A stretch of 64,000 nucleotides of DNA, taken from an uncultured Actinomycetes bacterium. Lineage in GTDB: Bacteria; Actinomycetota; UBA4738; HRBIN12. Both the position numbers and the translations under genes were made by a program. The first letter of the stretch is position 1. Every line of letters begins with the position of its first letter. Of the stretch, positions 11,312 through 21,582 are shown piece by piece. Location of the stretch: positions 576,001 through 640,000 of the forward strand of contig CAVPIB010000001.1 in assembly GCA_963704885.1 (NCBI GenBank), written 5' to 3'. The notes below the pieces were generated by a model. That model made no database searches, was not told where the DNA came from, and worked only from the letters and a program-made list of their open reading frames with translations.

Positions 11312-11562
11312 CTTTCGTGTTCGAGGTGTTGGTGACGCTCAAGCCGGGGCTGTCCGACCCGCAGGGCAAAGCGGTGGAGGGTTCGCTGCCGGCGCTCGGA
11401 TGGACCAACGTGCACGATGTGCACGTTGGCAAGCACATCCGAGTGTCGGTGGAGGCTGCGGACGAGACTTCGGCGCGCACGCAGGTAGACGAGATGGCGC
11501 GGGGCCTCCTGTCCAATCCCGTGATCGAGGAGTACAGGATCCTGGAGACCGAGGAGGCGTGA
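11308..11562 (+). CDS. purS: FGAM synthase subunit PurS
   Basis: V.LK....DPQG, GK, LL.NPVIE.Y. Confidence 0.95.
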   Translation: MTFVFEVLVTLKPGLSDPQGKAVEGSLPALGWTNVHDVHVGKHIRVSVEAADETSARTQVDEMARGLLSNPVIEEYRILETEEA

Positions 11563-11566
11563 GCAC

Positions 11567-12277
11567 GTGACCATCGGCACGCCGCGGATCGGCGTGATCA
11601 CGTTCCCTGGGTCGCTCGACGACCTAGACGCGCTGCGAGCGATCGAGACCATGGGTGGGGAGTCTGTATCTCTCTGGCATGCCGACGCCGACCTGCGCGG
11701 CGTGGACGCCGTGGTGCTGCCCGGCGGGTTCAGCTATGGGGATTACCTCCGAACGGGGGCGATCGCGCGGTTCGCGCCGGTGATGGACGAGGTGCGCTCG
11801 TTCGCCGACCGAGGCGGCCCGGTGCTGGGGATCTGCAACGGCTTCCAGATCCTCTGCGAGAGTGGTCTGCTGCCGGGCGCTTTGATCCGGAACCGATCGC
11901 TCCGCTTCGTGTGCCGCCAGGTACACGTTCGCGTCGAGACCACCGTGACGCCGGTGACCATGGACCTGGTGCCCGGCGAGGTGTTGGACATCCCGGTCAA
12001 GCACGGGGAGGGGCAGTTCGTGGCCGGCGCGGACGAGCTGGCCGCGATCGAGGCGGAGGGACGGGTCGTGTTCCGCTACTGCGCCTCCGATGGATCGCTC
12101 GACGACGTCCACAACCCCAACGGCAGCGCGAACGCGATCGCCGGCGTGCGGAACGAGGCAGGGAACGTCGTGGGGCTCATGCCGCATCCCGAGCACGCCG
12201 TGGATCCCGACCTCGGTCCCACCGGCGGACAACCGCTGTTCGGATCGCTCCTCACGAACGTGCTCGCGAGGGCCTAG
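11567..12277 (+). CDS. purQ: FGAM synthase glutaminase subunit PurQ
   Basis: [36 protein letters not shown]. Confidence 0.97.
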   Translation: MTIGTPRIGVITFPGSLDDLDALRAIETMGGESVSLWHADADLRGVDAVVLPGGFSYGDYLRTGAIARFAPVMDEVRSFADRGGPVLGICNGFQILCESGLLPGALIRNRSLRFVCRQVHVRVETTVTPVTMDLVPGEVLDIPVKHGEGQFVAGADELAAIEAEGRVVFRYCASDGSLDDVHNPNGSANAIAGVRNEAGNVVGLMPHPEHAVDPDLGPTGGQPLFGSLLTNVLARA

Positions 12278-12282
12278 GGAAC

Positions 12283-14490
12283 GTGACGGTCGTCGAGCAG
12301 CCGTTGCATCGAGCCCTCGGTCTGACGGACGAAGAGCTCGAACGCATCCGTGCGACCCTCGGTCGTGACCCCAACCGCACCGAGTTGGCGATGTACGGGG
12401 CTATGTGGTCGGAGCACTGTTCGTACAAGTCGTCCAAGAAGTACCTGCGGATGCTCCCCACCGAGGGCTCGGCCGTGTTGGTGGGGCCGGGTCAAGACGC
12501 GGGTGCCGTGGATGTCGGCGACGGCATCGCCGTGGTCTTCAAGATGGAGTCGCACTCCCACCCGAGCGCGATCGAGCCCTACCAGGGCGCGGCGACCGGC
12601 GTTGGCGGGATCGTTCGCGACATCATCTCGATGGGAGCCAGGCCGGTGGCGTTGCTCGATCCCTTGATGTTCGGCCCGCTCACCGACGAGCGCAACCGCT
12701 GGCTCCTGGGAGGCGTGGTCGCCGGGATCGGCGGGTACGGCAACTGCATCGGGGTTCCTACCGTGGGCGGCGAGATCCACTTCGCCCAACCACACTCCGC
12801 CAACCCTAGCGTGAACGTGATGTGCGTGGGTCTGGCCCCGGCAGACGGCCTGATGACGTCCGCGTCCCACGAAGCGCACGCCGGCTCGTTCATGGTGCTC
12901 TACGGGGCGGCCACGGGACGCGACGGGATCGGCGGGGTGTCGGTGCTGGCGAGCGCAACGCTCGAGGAGGGCGCCGAGGCCTCTCGCCCAAGCGTGCAGA
13001 TCGGCGATCCGTTCGCTGGGAAGCTCCTGATCGAAGCCTCGCTCGAGATGGTCGAGCGCGGTTTGCTGGAAGGACTGCAGGATCTGGGCGGTGCCGGGAT
13101 CACCTGTGCGGTCAGCGAGTCGGCGGCCAGGGCTCGGATGGGCGCCGACCTGGACCTGGAGGCTGTGCCGCTCCGCGAGCAGGGGATGGAACCGTTCGAG
13201 ATCCTGACCTCGGAGTCGCAGGAGCGGATGCTGGCGATCGTGGCTCCCGACCGGCTAGACGAGGTTCGAGGCGTCTGCGAGAAGTGGGGTCTGGAGTCCG
13301 CGGTGATCGCCACTCTCGTTCCCGGCGGTGTGCTCACGGTCCGTCACGGCGAGCACTTGATCGCCCAGGTGCCGGCGTCCTCTCTCGCGGATGACGGACC
13401 CGAATACGACCGGCCTTTGGCGCCGGAGGACGTCCCCGAAACCCATGACGACCCGGCGTTCGTCCCGTTCGAAGGAGATCCGCGCGAGGCGCTGGTAGCG
13501 GTGCTGGCCTCCCCGAACATCGCGGACAAACGCTGGGTCTTCGAGCAGTACGACTCATTGGTGCAGGGCCAGACGGTGGCGAGCTCGGACTCCGACGCCG
13601 CCGTGATCCGCGTTCCAGGCACGCTGAAAGGGCTGGCCCTGTCCACGGATGGCAAGGGCCGGTACGGTCACCTGGATCCTTACCTGGGAGCGGCGCACGC
13701 GGTGGCCGAGGCCGCGCGGAACGTTGCCGTCACCGGGGCCAGGCCCCTCGCCATCACGAACTGCCTGAACTTCGGCAACCCCGAGCGACCGGTCGTGATG
13801 TGGCAGTTCGCGGAGACGATCCGCGGGATGCGGGACGCGTGCCTGGCGTTCGATACGCCGGTCACCGGCGGGAACGTCAGTTTCTACAACGAGTCGGGGG
13901 ACTCCGCGATCTGGCCGACGCCGGTGATCGGGATGTTGGGGCTCCTCGCCGACCACAGGCTGCGCGTGCCTGCGGGTTTCGAAAGCGCCGGTCAGACGAT
14001 CTGCCTCCTGGGCGAGACGTTCCCCGAGTTGGGCGGATCGGAGTTCGCCGACGTGGTGCTGGGCGTGGTGGCCGGCCGCCCTCCAGCATTGGATCTGGAT
14101 CGAGAGCGTGCGTTGCACGCTCTACTGCAGGAGGCGGCCGGTGCCGATCTTCTGGGCGCGGCGCACGATTGTGGCGACGGGGGGTTGGCTGTGACGCTCG
14201 CGGAGCAGGCGATCCTCGGTGGTCACGGGTTCGCGGTGACCATCCCCGGCGATCTCCCGGCTCACGTGGCGCTCTTCTCCGAGTCCGCGTCCCGCGCGGT
14301 CGTGGCCATGGCGCCGGAGCGGGTCGACGCACTGACGGATCTGGCTGGGGCGCTTGGGGTGCCGATCGCCACGATCGGGGAGACGGGCGGCCCGCGCGTC
14401 GTGTTCGATGGGCTATTCGAGACGACCGTCCATGAGCTCCGCGACGCTTACCAGGACGCGATACCCCGGCTCCTCGGCGAGCTCAGGTGA
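12283..14490 (+). CDS. purL: FGAM synthase subunit PurL
   Basis: MWSEHCSYKSS, ESH.HPSAIEPYQGAATGVGG, DLGGAG, NCLNFGNP, GGNVSFYN. Confidence 0.97.
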   Translation: MTVVEQPLHRALGLTDEELERIRATLGRDPNRTELAMYGAMWSEHCSYKSSKKYLRMLPTEGSAVLVGPGQDAGAVDVGDGIAVVFKMESHSHPSAIEPYQGAATGVGGIVRDIISMGARPVALLDPLMFGPLTDERNRWLLGGVVAGIGGYGNCIGVPTVGGEIHFAQPHSANPSVNVMCVGLAPADGLMTSASHEAHAGSFMVLYGAATGRDGIGGVSVLASATLEEGAEASRPSVQIGDPFAGKLLIEASLEMVERGLLEGLQDLGGAGITCAVSESAARARMGADLDLEAVPLREQGMEPFEILTSESQERMLAIVAPDRLDEVRGVCEKWGLESAVIATLVPGGVLTVRHGEHLIAQVPASSLADDGPEYDRPLAPEDVPETHDDPAFVPFEGDPREALVAVLASPNIADKRWVFEQYDSLVQGQTVASSDSDAAVIRVPGTLKGLALSTDGKGRYGHLDPYLGAAHAVAEAARNVAVTGARPLAITNCLNFGNPERPVVMWQFAETIRGMRDACLAFDTPVTGGNVSFYNESGDSAIWPTPVIGMLGLLADHRLRVPAGFESAGQTICLLGETFPELGGSEFADVVLGVVAGRPPALDLDRERALHALLQEAAGADLLGAAHDCGDGGLAVTLAEQAILGGHGFAVTIPGDLPAHVALFSESASRAVVAMAPERVDALTDLAGALGVPIATIGETGGPRVVFDGLFETTVHELRDAYQDAIPRLLGELR

Positions 14491-15230
14491 TCGACGCCGT
14501 CACGTTCGATTATTGGGAGACACTCGTCTCCGAGGGTGCGGGCATCGACGCCGAAGAGGATGGGTCGATGCGCTCGCGCCAGCTCCGCAGCTGGTCGGCG
14601 ATCCTGCACCGGGCGGGTTTCCAGGTCGACGACGTGGCGATCGAGCAGGCGTTCACCCACAACTGGGAGGTCTTCCACGAGCGCTGGCACGCGAACGTGC
14701 AGCACGGTCCTCGGGAGGCGACACCCCTGATGTGCGAGTTCCTCGGCGTCGAGCCGTCACTCGAGATCTGGGATGAACTGGTGGAGTCGTTCGCCATCGT
14801 CGGCCGTGAGGCGCCCCTGCAGCTGGCGCCCGGCGTGGAAGAGTGCCTGCTCACCTTGAGGGCTTCCGGCGCGCGGATCGGGATCATCTGCGACGTCGGC
14901 ATGACCTATTCGCCGACGCTTCGCGCGCGCTTGGCCGACTTCGGCGTTCTCGAGCTGTTCGATCACTGGTCGTTCTCCGACGAGGTGGGTTGCTTCAAGC
15001 CGTTCCGCCCCGTCTTCGAGCATGCGCTGGAAGGACTCGGCGTTGAGGATCCCGGGCGCGTCGCGCACGTAGGCGATGGGCGTCGCACGGACATGGCCGG
15101 CGCACTTGCCATGGGCATGACCGCGGTGCGGTATACGCACTTCAACGATCCCCCGCCCGATACAGGTCCCGACGGCGACTTCGTGCTGGACGATCACGCC
15201 AAGCTCCCGGCGACCCTCGGCCTGGCCTGA
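14487..15230 (+). CDS. HAD-superfamily hydrolase
   Basis: FDYWETL (motif I), SDEVG..KP, HVGD...D..GA. Confidence 0.85.
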   Translation: MIDAVTFDYWETLVSEGAGIDAEEDGSMRSRQLRSWSAILHRAGFQVDDVAIEQAFTHNWEVFHERWHANVQHGPREATPLMCEFLGVEPSLEIWDELVESFAIVGREAPLQLAPGVEECLLTLRASGARIGIICDVGMTYSPTLRARLADFGVLELFDHWSFSDEVGCFKPFRPVFEHALEGLGVEDPGRVAHVGDGRRTDMAGALAMGMTAVRYTHFNDPPPDTGPDGDFVLDDHAKLPATLGLA

Positions 15231-15288
15231 GTTTCACGGATCGCCGCCCCTGGTCGTTGTTCGGGTGACGACCGCGAAGGAGGCGACG

Positions 15289-15411
15289 ATGATGCGCGTA
15301 GACCGATGGTGGCGGTGGCGTGTGGTTGAACCCGATCCCGAGTACGTCCGGAAGGTCGAGCGGCAGCGCTCGACGCGCACGCCACTCAGCCGAACCCCGT
15401 GGTGGTCGTGA
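15289..15411 (+). CDS. putative 40-aa Trp/Arg-rich small protein
   Basis: AAGGAGG RBS at 15277, ATG 15289, MMRVDRWWRWRVVEPDPEYVRKVERQRSTRTPLSRTPWWS; its stop overlaps the GTG start of the sigma gene (GTGA). Below the ORF-track size cutoff. Confidence 0.5.
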   Translation: MMRVDRWWRWRVVEPDPEYVRKVERQRSTRTPLSRTPWWS

Positions 15412-15881
15412 GCCGAACGCCCATACCTCCGTTCCAGGAATTCCTCGAGGCGAACCGCGCGGCCGTGTATCGGTTCCTTCAGGTGGCGGTGGGTCCCATC
15501 GAGGCGGACGACTGCTTCCAGGAGACGTTCATGGCCGCGCTGAGGGCCTATCCACGCCTGGAGGACGGCGGACGTCTGGACCGGTGGATCCTGAGGATCG
15601 CCTCCCGCAAGGCTATCGACCACCACCGCGGCCGCGGCCGGCGGCCGGCCCCGGTAGCGGAGATCCCGGACCGTTCGGTCCCGCCGTCCGATCCGATGCC
15701 TGACGAAGAGCTTCGGGATGCGGTCGCCTCGCTGCCGACGCGCCAGCGGGTGGCGGTGGTGCACCGCCATCTGCTCGATCGTCCATACGCCGAGATCGCC
15801 GAATCGATGGGAACGAGCGAAGAGACCGCCCGGGCGAACGTGTCGCAGGGTGTGAAGAAGCTGAGGGAGCTGATGAGATGA
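15408..15881 (+). CDS. ECF RNA polymerase sigma factor
   Basis: ADDCFQETF..A.RAY, W..RIA..KAIDH.R (region 2); LP.RQR....YAEIA..MG.S..T.R (region 4). Confidence 0.9.
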   Translation: MSRTPIPPFQEFLEANRAAVYRFLQVAVGPIEADDCFQETFMAALRAYPRLEDGGRLDRWILRIASRKAIDHHRGRGRRPAPVAEIPDRSVPPSDPMPDEELRDAVASLPTRQRVAVVHRHLLDRPYAEIAESMGTSEETARANVSQGVKKLRELMR

Positions 15882-16486
15882 ACACCAACGACCTGAAGCG
15901 CCTGGCCGGTCGAGTGGAGGCGGAACGGAACTCCCGAGCCGCCGCCGCGGCGATCCCCGACCTGGCCGCTACCGCCGGGCTGCTCGACGTCGCGATCGGG
16001 ACGGTGGACTCCCCGATCGGCGAACTCCGGGTGGCCGTCACGCCCCGCGGTCTTGCATGCGTGGTGTTCGACAACGAGGACTTCGATGGCGTGCTCGAAC
16101 GGATCGCGCGCCGGATCTCGCCGCGGATCCTGGAGTCGCGGTCCGCGACCGATGACGTCCGCCGCGAGCTCGATCAGTACTTCGACCGCGAGCGCACCAA
16201 CTTCGACATGCCGGTCGACAGGCGACTGATCCACGGGATCGCTCGCGACGTCTTGTTACAGACCAGTCGCATCGCGTTCGGCCGAACCAGCACTTACGGA
16301 GAGATCGCCAAGAAGATCGGCCATCCCGCCGCGGCGCGCGCGGTCGGCCGAGCGCTCGGCGCCAATCCGATCCCCATCGTGATCCCGTGCCATCGGGTGA
16401 TCGGCGCGTCGGGCAAGCTCACCGGATACGCCGGGGGTCTTGACCGCAAGGTCGCCCTCCTCGAGTTGGAGGGAGCGATCCTCTGA
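15878..16486 (+). CDS. ogt: methylated-DNA-protein-cysteine methyltransferase with N-terminal extension
   Basis: TYGEIA, RAVG.A.G.NP..IVIPCHRV, GYAGG. Confidence 0.92.
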   Translation: MNTNDLKRLAGRVEAERNSRAAAAAIPDLAATAGLLDVAIGTVDSPIGELRVAVTPRGLACVVFDNEDFDGVLERIARRISPRILESRSATDDVRRELDQYFDRERTNFDMPVDRRLIHGIARDVLLQTSRIAFGRTSTYGEIAKKIGHPAAARAVGRALGANPIPIVIPCHRVIGASGKLTGYAGGLDRKVALLELEGAIL

Positions 16487-16551
16487 GACGGACGGAGGGG
16501 CGCCTATCGACCCGCCGTCGGGTCACCGGCTGCTGCTAGGCTGAAGCTCTC

Positions 16552-17964
16552 GTGGGCGCCGAGTCACCGAAAGACGAGTGCGGGCTCTTCGGCATATGGG
16601 CACCCGGCGATGAGGTCGCCCGGCTCACCTACTTCGGGCTCTTCGCGCAACAGCATCGGGGACAGGAATCCGCCGGTATCGCGGTGAGCGACGGCACCAA
16701 CGTCTTGGTCTACAAGGATCTCGGGCTGGTCAGCCAGGTCTTCAACGAAGCCACCCTCACCACCCTGCATGGCGATCTGGCGATCGGTCACACCCGTTAC
16801 TCCACGACCGGATCCAACACCTGGGACAACGCCCAGCCGGTCTTCAAGACCGACGGGACGCACTCGGTCGCTTTGGGCCACAACGGGAACCTGGTGAACA
16901 CTCACGAGCTGGCGGAGGTTGCGGGCAAACGCGGCACCGCCACCACCGACACCGACATCATGACCACGCTGCTGGCCGAGGGGATGGGTGAAGGGGGACT
17001 CGAAGCCTCGGCGATACGGATCCTGCCCACCCTGGCGGGAGCGTTCAGCTTGGTGATCATGGACGAGCGGAGCGTCTTCGCGGCGCGCGACCCGATGGGC
17101 ATCCGACCCCTGTCGATCGGACGCCTCCCGAACGGCTTCTGCGTGGCCTCAGAGACGTGCGCCCTCGACATCGTCGGCGCCACGCTGGTGCGCGAGGTGG
17201 AGCCCGGCGAACTGATCCGGATCGACGACCGAGGGCTGCATTCCGTCCGGTTCGCCGGATCGCCTCGAGCGGCACTCTGCATCTTCGAGTTCGTGTATCT
17301 GGCGCGACCGGACTCCCGCCTGCGCGGAACCACCGTGTACGAGGCGCGGCGCGAGATGGGCCGACTGCTCGCCCAGGAGTCCCCGGTCGAGGCCGACATG
17401 GTCATCGGGGTTCCGCAGACGGGCCACTCTGCCGCGCAGGGGTATGCCGAAGTGTCGGGGATCCCGTACGGCGATGGCTTGATAAAGAACACCTACGTCG
17501 GTCGCACGTTCATACAACCCTCGCAATCGCTCCGCGAGCGCGGCGTGAAGCTCAAGCTCAACCCGCTGCCCGACTCGATCCGCGGCAAGCGGCTGGTGGT
17601 CATCGACGACTCGATCGTGCGCGGCACGACTCAGCAACAGGTCGTCCAGATGCTCCGCGAGGCCGGGGCGACCGAGGTCCACATCCGGATCACATGCCCG
17701 CCGATCAAGTGGCCATGCTTCTATGGGATCGACATGCCCACGCGACAGGAGCTGGTCGCCTCCGACCTGAGCGTCGAGGAGATCCGGCGGTTCGTAGGTG
17801 CCGACTCGCTCGGCTACCTGTCGCTCGACGGGCTGGTCAAGGCGTCCGGCTCGCCCAAGGGCGAATCGTGCCGCGCCTGCTTCGACGGGGAGTACCCCAT
17901 CCCGATCCCCGAACGCGCCGGGAAGTTCGTGCTGGAAGACCAGCTGAAGCTACCGAGCGCCTGA
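16552..17964 (+). CDS. purF: amidophosphoribosyltransferase
   Basis: ECGLFG, QHRGQESAG, GHTRYST, CIFEFVY.ARPDS, VIDDSIVRGTT; TAGGCT -10 just upstream. Confidence 0.97.
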   Translation: MGAESPKDECGLFGIWAPGDEVARLTYFGLFAQQHRGQESAGIAVSDGTNVLVYKDLGLVSQVFNEATLTTLHGDLAIGHTRYSTTGSNTWDNAQPVFKTDGTHSVALGHNGNLVNTHELAEVAGKRGTATTDTDIMTTLLAEGMGEGGLEASAIRILPTLAGAFSLVIMDERSVFAARDPMGIRPLSIGRLPNGFCVASETCALDIVGATLVREVEPGELIRIDDRGLHSVRFAGSPRAALCIFEFVYLARPDSRLRGTTVYEARREMGRLLAQESPVEADMVIGVPQTGHSAAQGYAEVSGIPYGDGLIKNTYVGRTFIQPSQSLRERGVKLKLNPLPDSIRGKRLVVIDDSIVRGTTQQQVVQMLREAGATEVHIRITCPPIKWPCFYGIDMPTRQELVASDLSVEEIRRFVGADSLGYLSLDGLVKASGSPKGESCRACFDGEYPIPIPERAGKFVLEDQLKLPSA

Positions 17965-17981
17965 GCGTAGGTGGGCACGGC

Positions 17982-18986
17982 GTGAGCGACGCGTACCGCC
18001 GGGCCGGCGTCGATACGGAGGCCGCGGCGAAGGCGGTCACGTTGATCGCCGACCTCGCGGCACGGACACGCCGACCGGAGGTGGCAGATCAGGTCGGAGG
18101 ATTCGCGGGCCTCTTCCGCGTGGGTAACGGTCGACTGCTGGCCGCCGCCACCGACGGCGTCGGCACCAAGCTCGAGATCGCGCGCATGACCGACAGACTC
18201 GACACCGTAGGGATAGACCTGGTGGCCATGTGCGCCGACGACGTGGTGTGCACCGGCGCCGAACCGCTCTTCTTCCTGGACTACCTTGCGGTGGGTCGCG
18301 TGATCCCCGAGCGCGTCGCCTCGATCGTGGAAGGTGTCGCCGAAGGATGCCGGCGCGCGGGTTGCGCCCTGCTGGGCGGCGAGACGGCGGAACATCCGGG
18401 CGTGATGCCCGACGACCAGTTCGACCTGGCCGGGTTCTGCGTTGGAGCGGTAGACGAGGCGCAACTGCTCGGTCCCCATCGCGTCTCGGTCGGTGACGTC
18501 CTGATCGGGTTGGCCTCGAGCGGTCTCCACGCGAACGGTTACTCCCTGGTCCGCTCAACGTTGCTCAACCGGTATGGGCTGGACGACGTGCCGCCCGGTC
18601 TCACCCGCTCGCTCGCGGACGAGCTCCTGGAACCCTGCGAGATCTACGCCACGGATGTTCTTGCGCTCGCGCAGGATGGACTGGTGAAGGCGGCGGCCCA
18701 CATCACCGGTGGCGGGTTCCACGAGAACATCCCTCGGGCGCTGTCTCCCGGGACGGGCGCGCGGGTGTTCCGCGATCGCTGGGTGGAGCCACCGATCTTC
18801 GGCCTGATCCACGAAGTTTCGGACACCAGCAAGGACGAGCTCTTCTCGACCTTGAACATGGGGATCGGGATGGTCCTTGTTTCGGCCCCCGAGCACGGGG
18901 AGGAGATCCTGCGTCGCAGTCAAGGTCGGGCATCCGCGATCGGTGAGGTGATCGAGGGTGCCGGCGTGGAGGTCCTTTCCGGCTAA
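17982..18986 (+). CDS. purM: AIR synthetase
   Basis: Y..AGVD, TDGVGTK, GGETAEHPG, SSGLHANGYSL, HITGGG. Confidence 0.96.
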   Translation: MSDAYRRAGVDTEAAAKAVTLIADLAARTRRPEVADQVGGFAGLFRVGNGRLLAAATDGVGTKLEIARMTDRLDTVGIDLVAMCADDVVCTGAEPLFFLDYLAVGRVIPERVASIVEGVAEGCRRAGCALLGGETAEHPGVMPDDQFDLAGFCVGAVDEAQLLGPHRVSVGDVLIGLASSGLHANGYSLVRSTLLNRYGLDDVPPGLTRSLADELLEPCEIYATDVLALAQDGLVKAAAHITGGGFHENIPRALSPGTGARVFRDRWVEPPIFGLIHEVSDTSKDELFSTLNMGIGMVLVSAPEHGEEILRRSQGRASAIGEVIEGAGVEVLSG

Positions 18987-19141
18987 GGGGAGCTGACTAC
19001 CTAGACCTGGTCACGGTGGGCTACGTAGCCGTCCCCCGGGACGGCCAGATCCCTCTAGGGCCTAGGCCCTGGGTCTCGACGCAGAAGGGGCAGGCTGGCC
19101 GATACAGCCGAAGCTCCGAACAGCCGTACCTTCATTCAGGT

Positions 19142-19570
19142 ATGGAAGCCTTCACCCCAACCCTCGATCACAGCATCCTCGTCGTAGACGACGAGCCACA
19201 GGTCGTGTGGGTCCTGCAGTACAGCCTGGAGGCCGAGGGATACACCACGCTTTCGGCGCGAGACGGAGCTGCCGCGCTCGAAGCTGTGGACCTGTTCCAC
19301 CCCAAGATGATCCTGCTGGACATCATGATGCCCACCCTCGACGGGTGGAGCGTTCTCGAGGCCCTCGGCGAACTGCCGGCCGACGCTCGACCGAAGGTGG
19401 TTGTCGTTTCCGCTCTGTCGAGCCTGCGCGACCGGGCGCGAGCGGCCGAGCTGGGTGCCGACGCCTTCTGCTCGAAGCCTTTCAACGTGGAAGATCTCCT
19501 GGGCGTGGTGCAGGGGCTGGCAGATCTGGACGACCTGACGGACCTGCACCACCTGGACGACGCGAGCTGA
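19142..19570 (+). CDS. single-domain response regulator, paralog 1
   Basis: LVVDDE, LLDIMMP..DG, VVSA, KPF; no output domain. Confidence 0.9.
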   Translation: MEAFTPTLDHSILVVDDEPQVVWVLQYSLEAEGYTTLSARDGAAALEAVDLFHPKMILLDIMMPTLDGWSVLEALGELPADARPKVVVVSALSSLRDRARAAELGADAFCSKPFNVEDLLGVVQGLADLDDLTDLHHLDDAS

Positions 19571-19717
19571 TCGTGTTCGCCGGGCCAGCCCGGCATGACT
19601 AGCTCGGACTCCCCCAACGTGATGGAGGTTCAGGGCGTTCCCTAGTTCATGGGGTCACGCCCGAAACCGCCCACGCGACCGATTCCGCTTGCGCCGGAAG
19701 GGCCGTACCCTCGCTCC

Positions 19718-20107
19718 ATGACCGAACTCGGATCGCTCGGGACCAGTGTGCTCGTCGTGGACGACGAGCCCCAGGTCGTGTGGGTGCTCCAGTTCAGCCT
19801 GGAGGCGGAGGGATACACGACGTACGCGGCCAGGGACGGTCTCCAGGCGATGAGCGCGATCGCAGAGCACCACCCCAAACTCATGGTGTTGGACATCATG
19901 ATGCCGAGCATGGACGGGTGGAGCGTGCTCGAAGAGATGATGCTGCTACCTCGCGAGGAGCGACCGCGCGTGATCGTGGTGTCGGCGATGTCCAACCTGC
20001 GCGACAGGGCAAAGGCGGCCGAGATGGGCGCCGATGCCTTCGTGCCCAAGCCCTTCAACGTGGACGACCTGCTTGGAGTCATGCACGATCTCGAACGGGC
20101 GTCCTGA
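19718..20107 (+). CDS. single-domain response regulator, paralog 2
   Basis: LVVDDE, LDIMMP..DG, VVSA, KPF; highly similar to the upstream gene. Confidence 0.9.
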   Translation: MTELGSLGTSVLVVDDEPQVVWVLQFSLEAEGYTTYAARDGLQAMSAIAEHHPKLMVLDIMMPSMDGWSVLEEMMLLPREERPRVIVVSAMSNLRDRAKAAEMGADAFVPKPFNVDDLLGVMHDLERAS

Positions 20108-20114
20108 TCGTCTC

Positions 20115-20137
20115 CACTAGTCCGTCATAGACTAGTG
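20115..20137. terminator. hairpin between convergent genes
   Basis: CACTAGTC-7nt-GACTAGTG inverted repeat. Confidence 0.4.
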
Positions 20138-20536
20138 TACGAACCGCTGGTGCTCCTTCGTGACCACCGTGGTGCCCGCGGCTCGGCACGTGAGGATCGG
20201 CTCATCCAGGAACTCGGCAGCCGACTCGCTGATGTCTCCTCGCGGCCCGCCGATCTTCCACACTTCGAACTCGCACGTCCGGCTGGAGTTACCGACACGA
20301 ACTATCCGTCCGGTCGCCTCGATCCAATCGCCCGCGTAGAGCGGCGCGAGGAACTCGACCGACTCGTACGCGCGGAACAGACCCTCGTCCCCGTCGTACC
20401 GCATGGCGAGCTCGGTGATGAGGTCCCCGATGATCTCCAGCTGCTTCGCCCCGGCCACCAGGTTCCCGCCGTAGTGGGCATCCTCGCTGCTGAGGCGCCG
20501 CCGGATGGATGCGGACGGCAGGTCGTGCTCGGTCAC
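20132..20536 (-). CDS. kal: 3-aminobutyryl-CoA ammonia-lyase-like hotdog protein
   Basis: [13 protein letters not shown]....[26 protein letters not shown]. Confidence 0.85.
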   Translation of the reverse strand: MTEHDLPSASIRRRLSSEDAHYGGNLVAGAKQLEIIGDLITELAMRYDGDEGLFRAYESVEFLAPLYAGDWIEATGRIVRVGNSSRTCEFEVWKIGGPRGDISESAAEFLDEPILTCRAAGTTVVTKEHQRFVH

Positions 20537-20760
20537 GGTGTCTCCTCTGTGGGTGGTCCGATGACTTTGCCGTGGCGCACTCCGCGTGCCGGCACGCGCA
20601 CCACCTCCCCGGTCTTGCGACGAACGAAGTAGGTCTCCGCGCCCTGATCCCAGCGTTCGAATACGCCCACGGCCTCGGAGAGATACCCGTTCGGGAGCTC
20701 GAACTGGAACGTGACACGCATGCCCACGTCCTCGGGCGTTACCAGGTTGGTGGCAGGCAT
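20533..20760 (-). CDS. small hypothetical protein (SH3-like beta-barrel)
   Basis: DVG.RVT...L..G...EAVG.......VRRK.GE.V.V; overlaps the kal start. Confidence 0.65.
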   Translation of the reverse strand: MPATNLVTPEDVGMRVTFQFELPNGYLSEAVGVFERWDQGAETYFVRRKTGEVVRVPARGVRHGKVIGPPTEETP

Positions 20761-20790
20761 GGCGCGAGGATACCGGACCGTTCGCCGGCC

Positions 20791-21582
20791 CTATAGGGGC
20801 GGGAGGCGAAGGCAGGCCTCTGCGGCCAGGCGGAAGAGCAGTTCGCGGCCGGAGGCGTGCTCATCCCACCCGCGCTGGTCCCAGCGGTCGCCGGAGAGAT
20901 CGTCGCCGGCATAGAGGAGCTGTCCGAACGACACACCCCGGAAGGCGGCGACAGCGAAGAACGCGGCCGCCTCCATCTCGACGGTCAGGCACCCTTCGGT
21001 CACGCGACGGTCCACCTTGCTGCGCGTCTCCCGGTACAGCCCGTCGGTGGTCCACGTCTTGCCCGTCACGAACGGCACGTGGTGGTGCTCCAGCGTTTGA
21101 ACGATCGACTCCACGGCCTGCTGCGTGGGTCGCACCTCCCGGCTCGGCGCGAGGTAGTGGTACGAGGTGCCCTCGTCGCGGACGGCCGACGTGGGGACCA
21201 CCACGTGGCCGAGCGCCACGTCGGGAACCAGCACGCCGGCGCCGCCGCAGGCGATGAACGCCCGACACCCACGCGCGATCAGCTCCTCCAAGAAGCCGGC
21301 CGCCAGCGGCGCGCCCACGCCCGGGTGCACGACCGTCAGCCGGCGTCCGTCGAACTCGAGCTCGTATACCGGATTCCGGCCGATCTCCGACACCATGTGA
21401 TCGATCGCTCGACCTCCGTGCTCGGCAACCACCTTCGTGATCACATCCTGGAAGAAGCAAAGGACCGCGTGCGGCGCGATATCCATCGGCTCGATCGTTT
21501 CGGACGGCTCGATGACAGCCGTCGCCACGGGGTCGAACTCCAGGATCGGAGGGCGCGTCGCGTCGGAAGTGTCTCCGCTCAT
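20791..21582 (-). CDS. nucleoside phosphorylase (PNP/UDP family)
   Basis: [36 protein letters not shown]. Confidence 0.9.
   Translation of the reverse strand: MSGDTSDATRPPILEFDPVATAVIEPSETIEPMDIAPHAVLCFFQDVITKVVAEHGGRAIDHMVSEIGRNPVYELEFDGRRLTVVHPGVGAPLAAGFLEELIARGCRAFIACGGAGVLVPDVALGHVVVPTSAVRDEGTSYHYLAPSREVRPTQQAVESIVQTLEHHHVPFVTGKTWTTDGLYRETRSKVDRRVTEGCLTVEMEAAAFFAVAAFRGVSFGQLLYAGDDLSGDRWDQRGWDEHASGRELLFRLAAEACLRLPPL

Noticed and set aside
11911-12282. N-terminal extensions of purL (likewise purM, E2 and the ABC genes) in the ORF track
   Set aside because: They overlap upstream genes in another frame; downstream starts fit the family N-termini.
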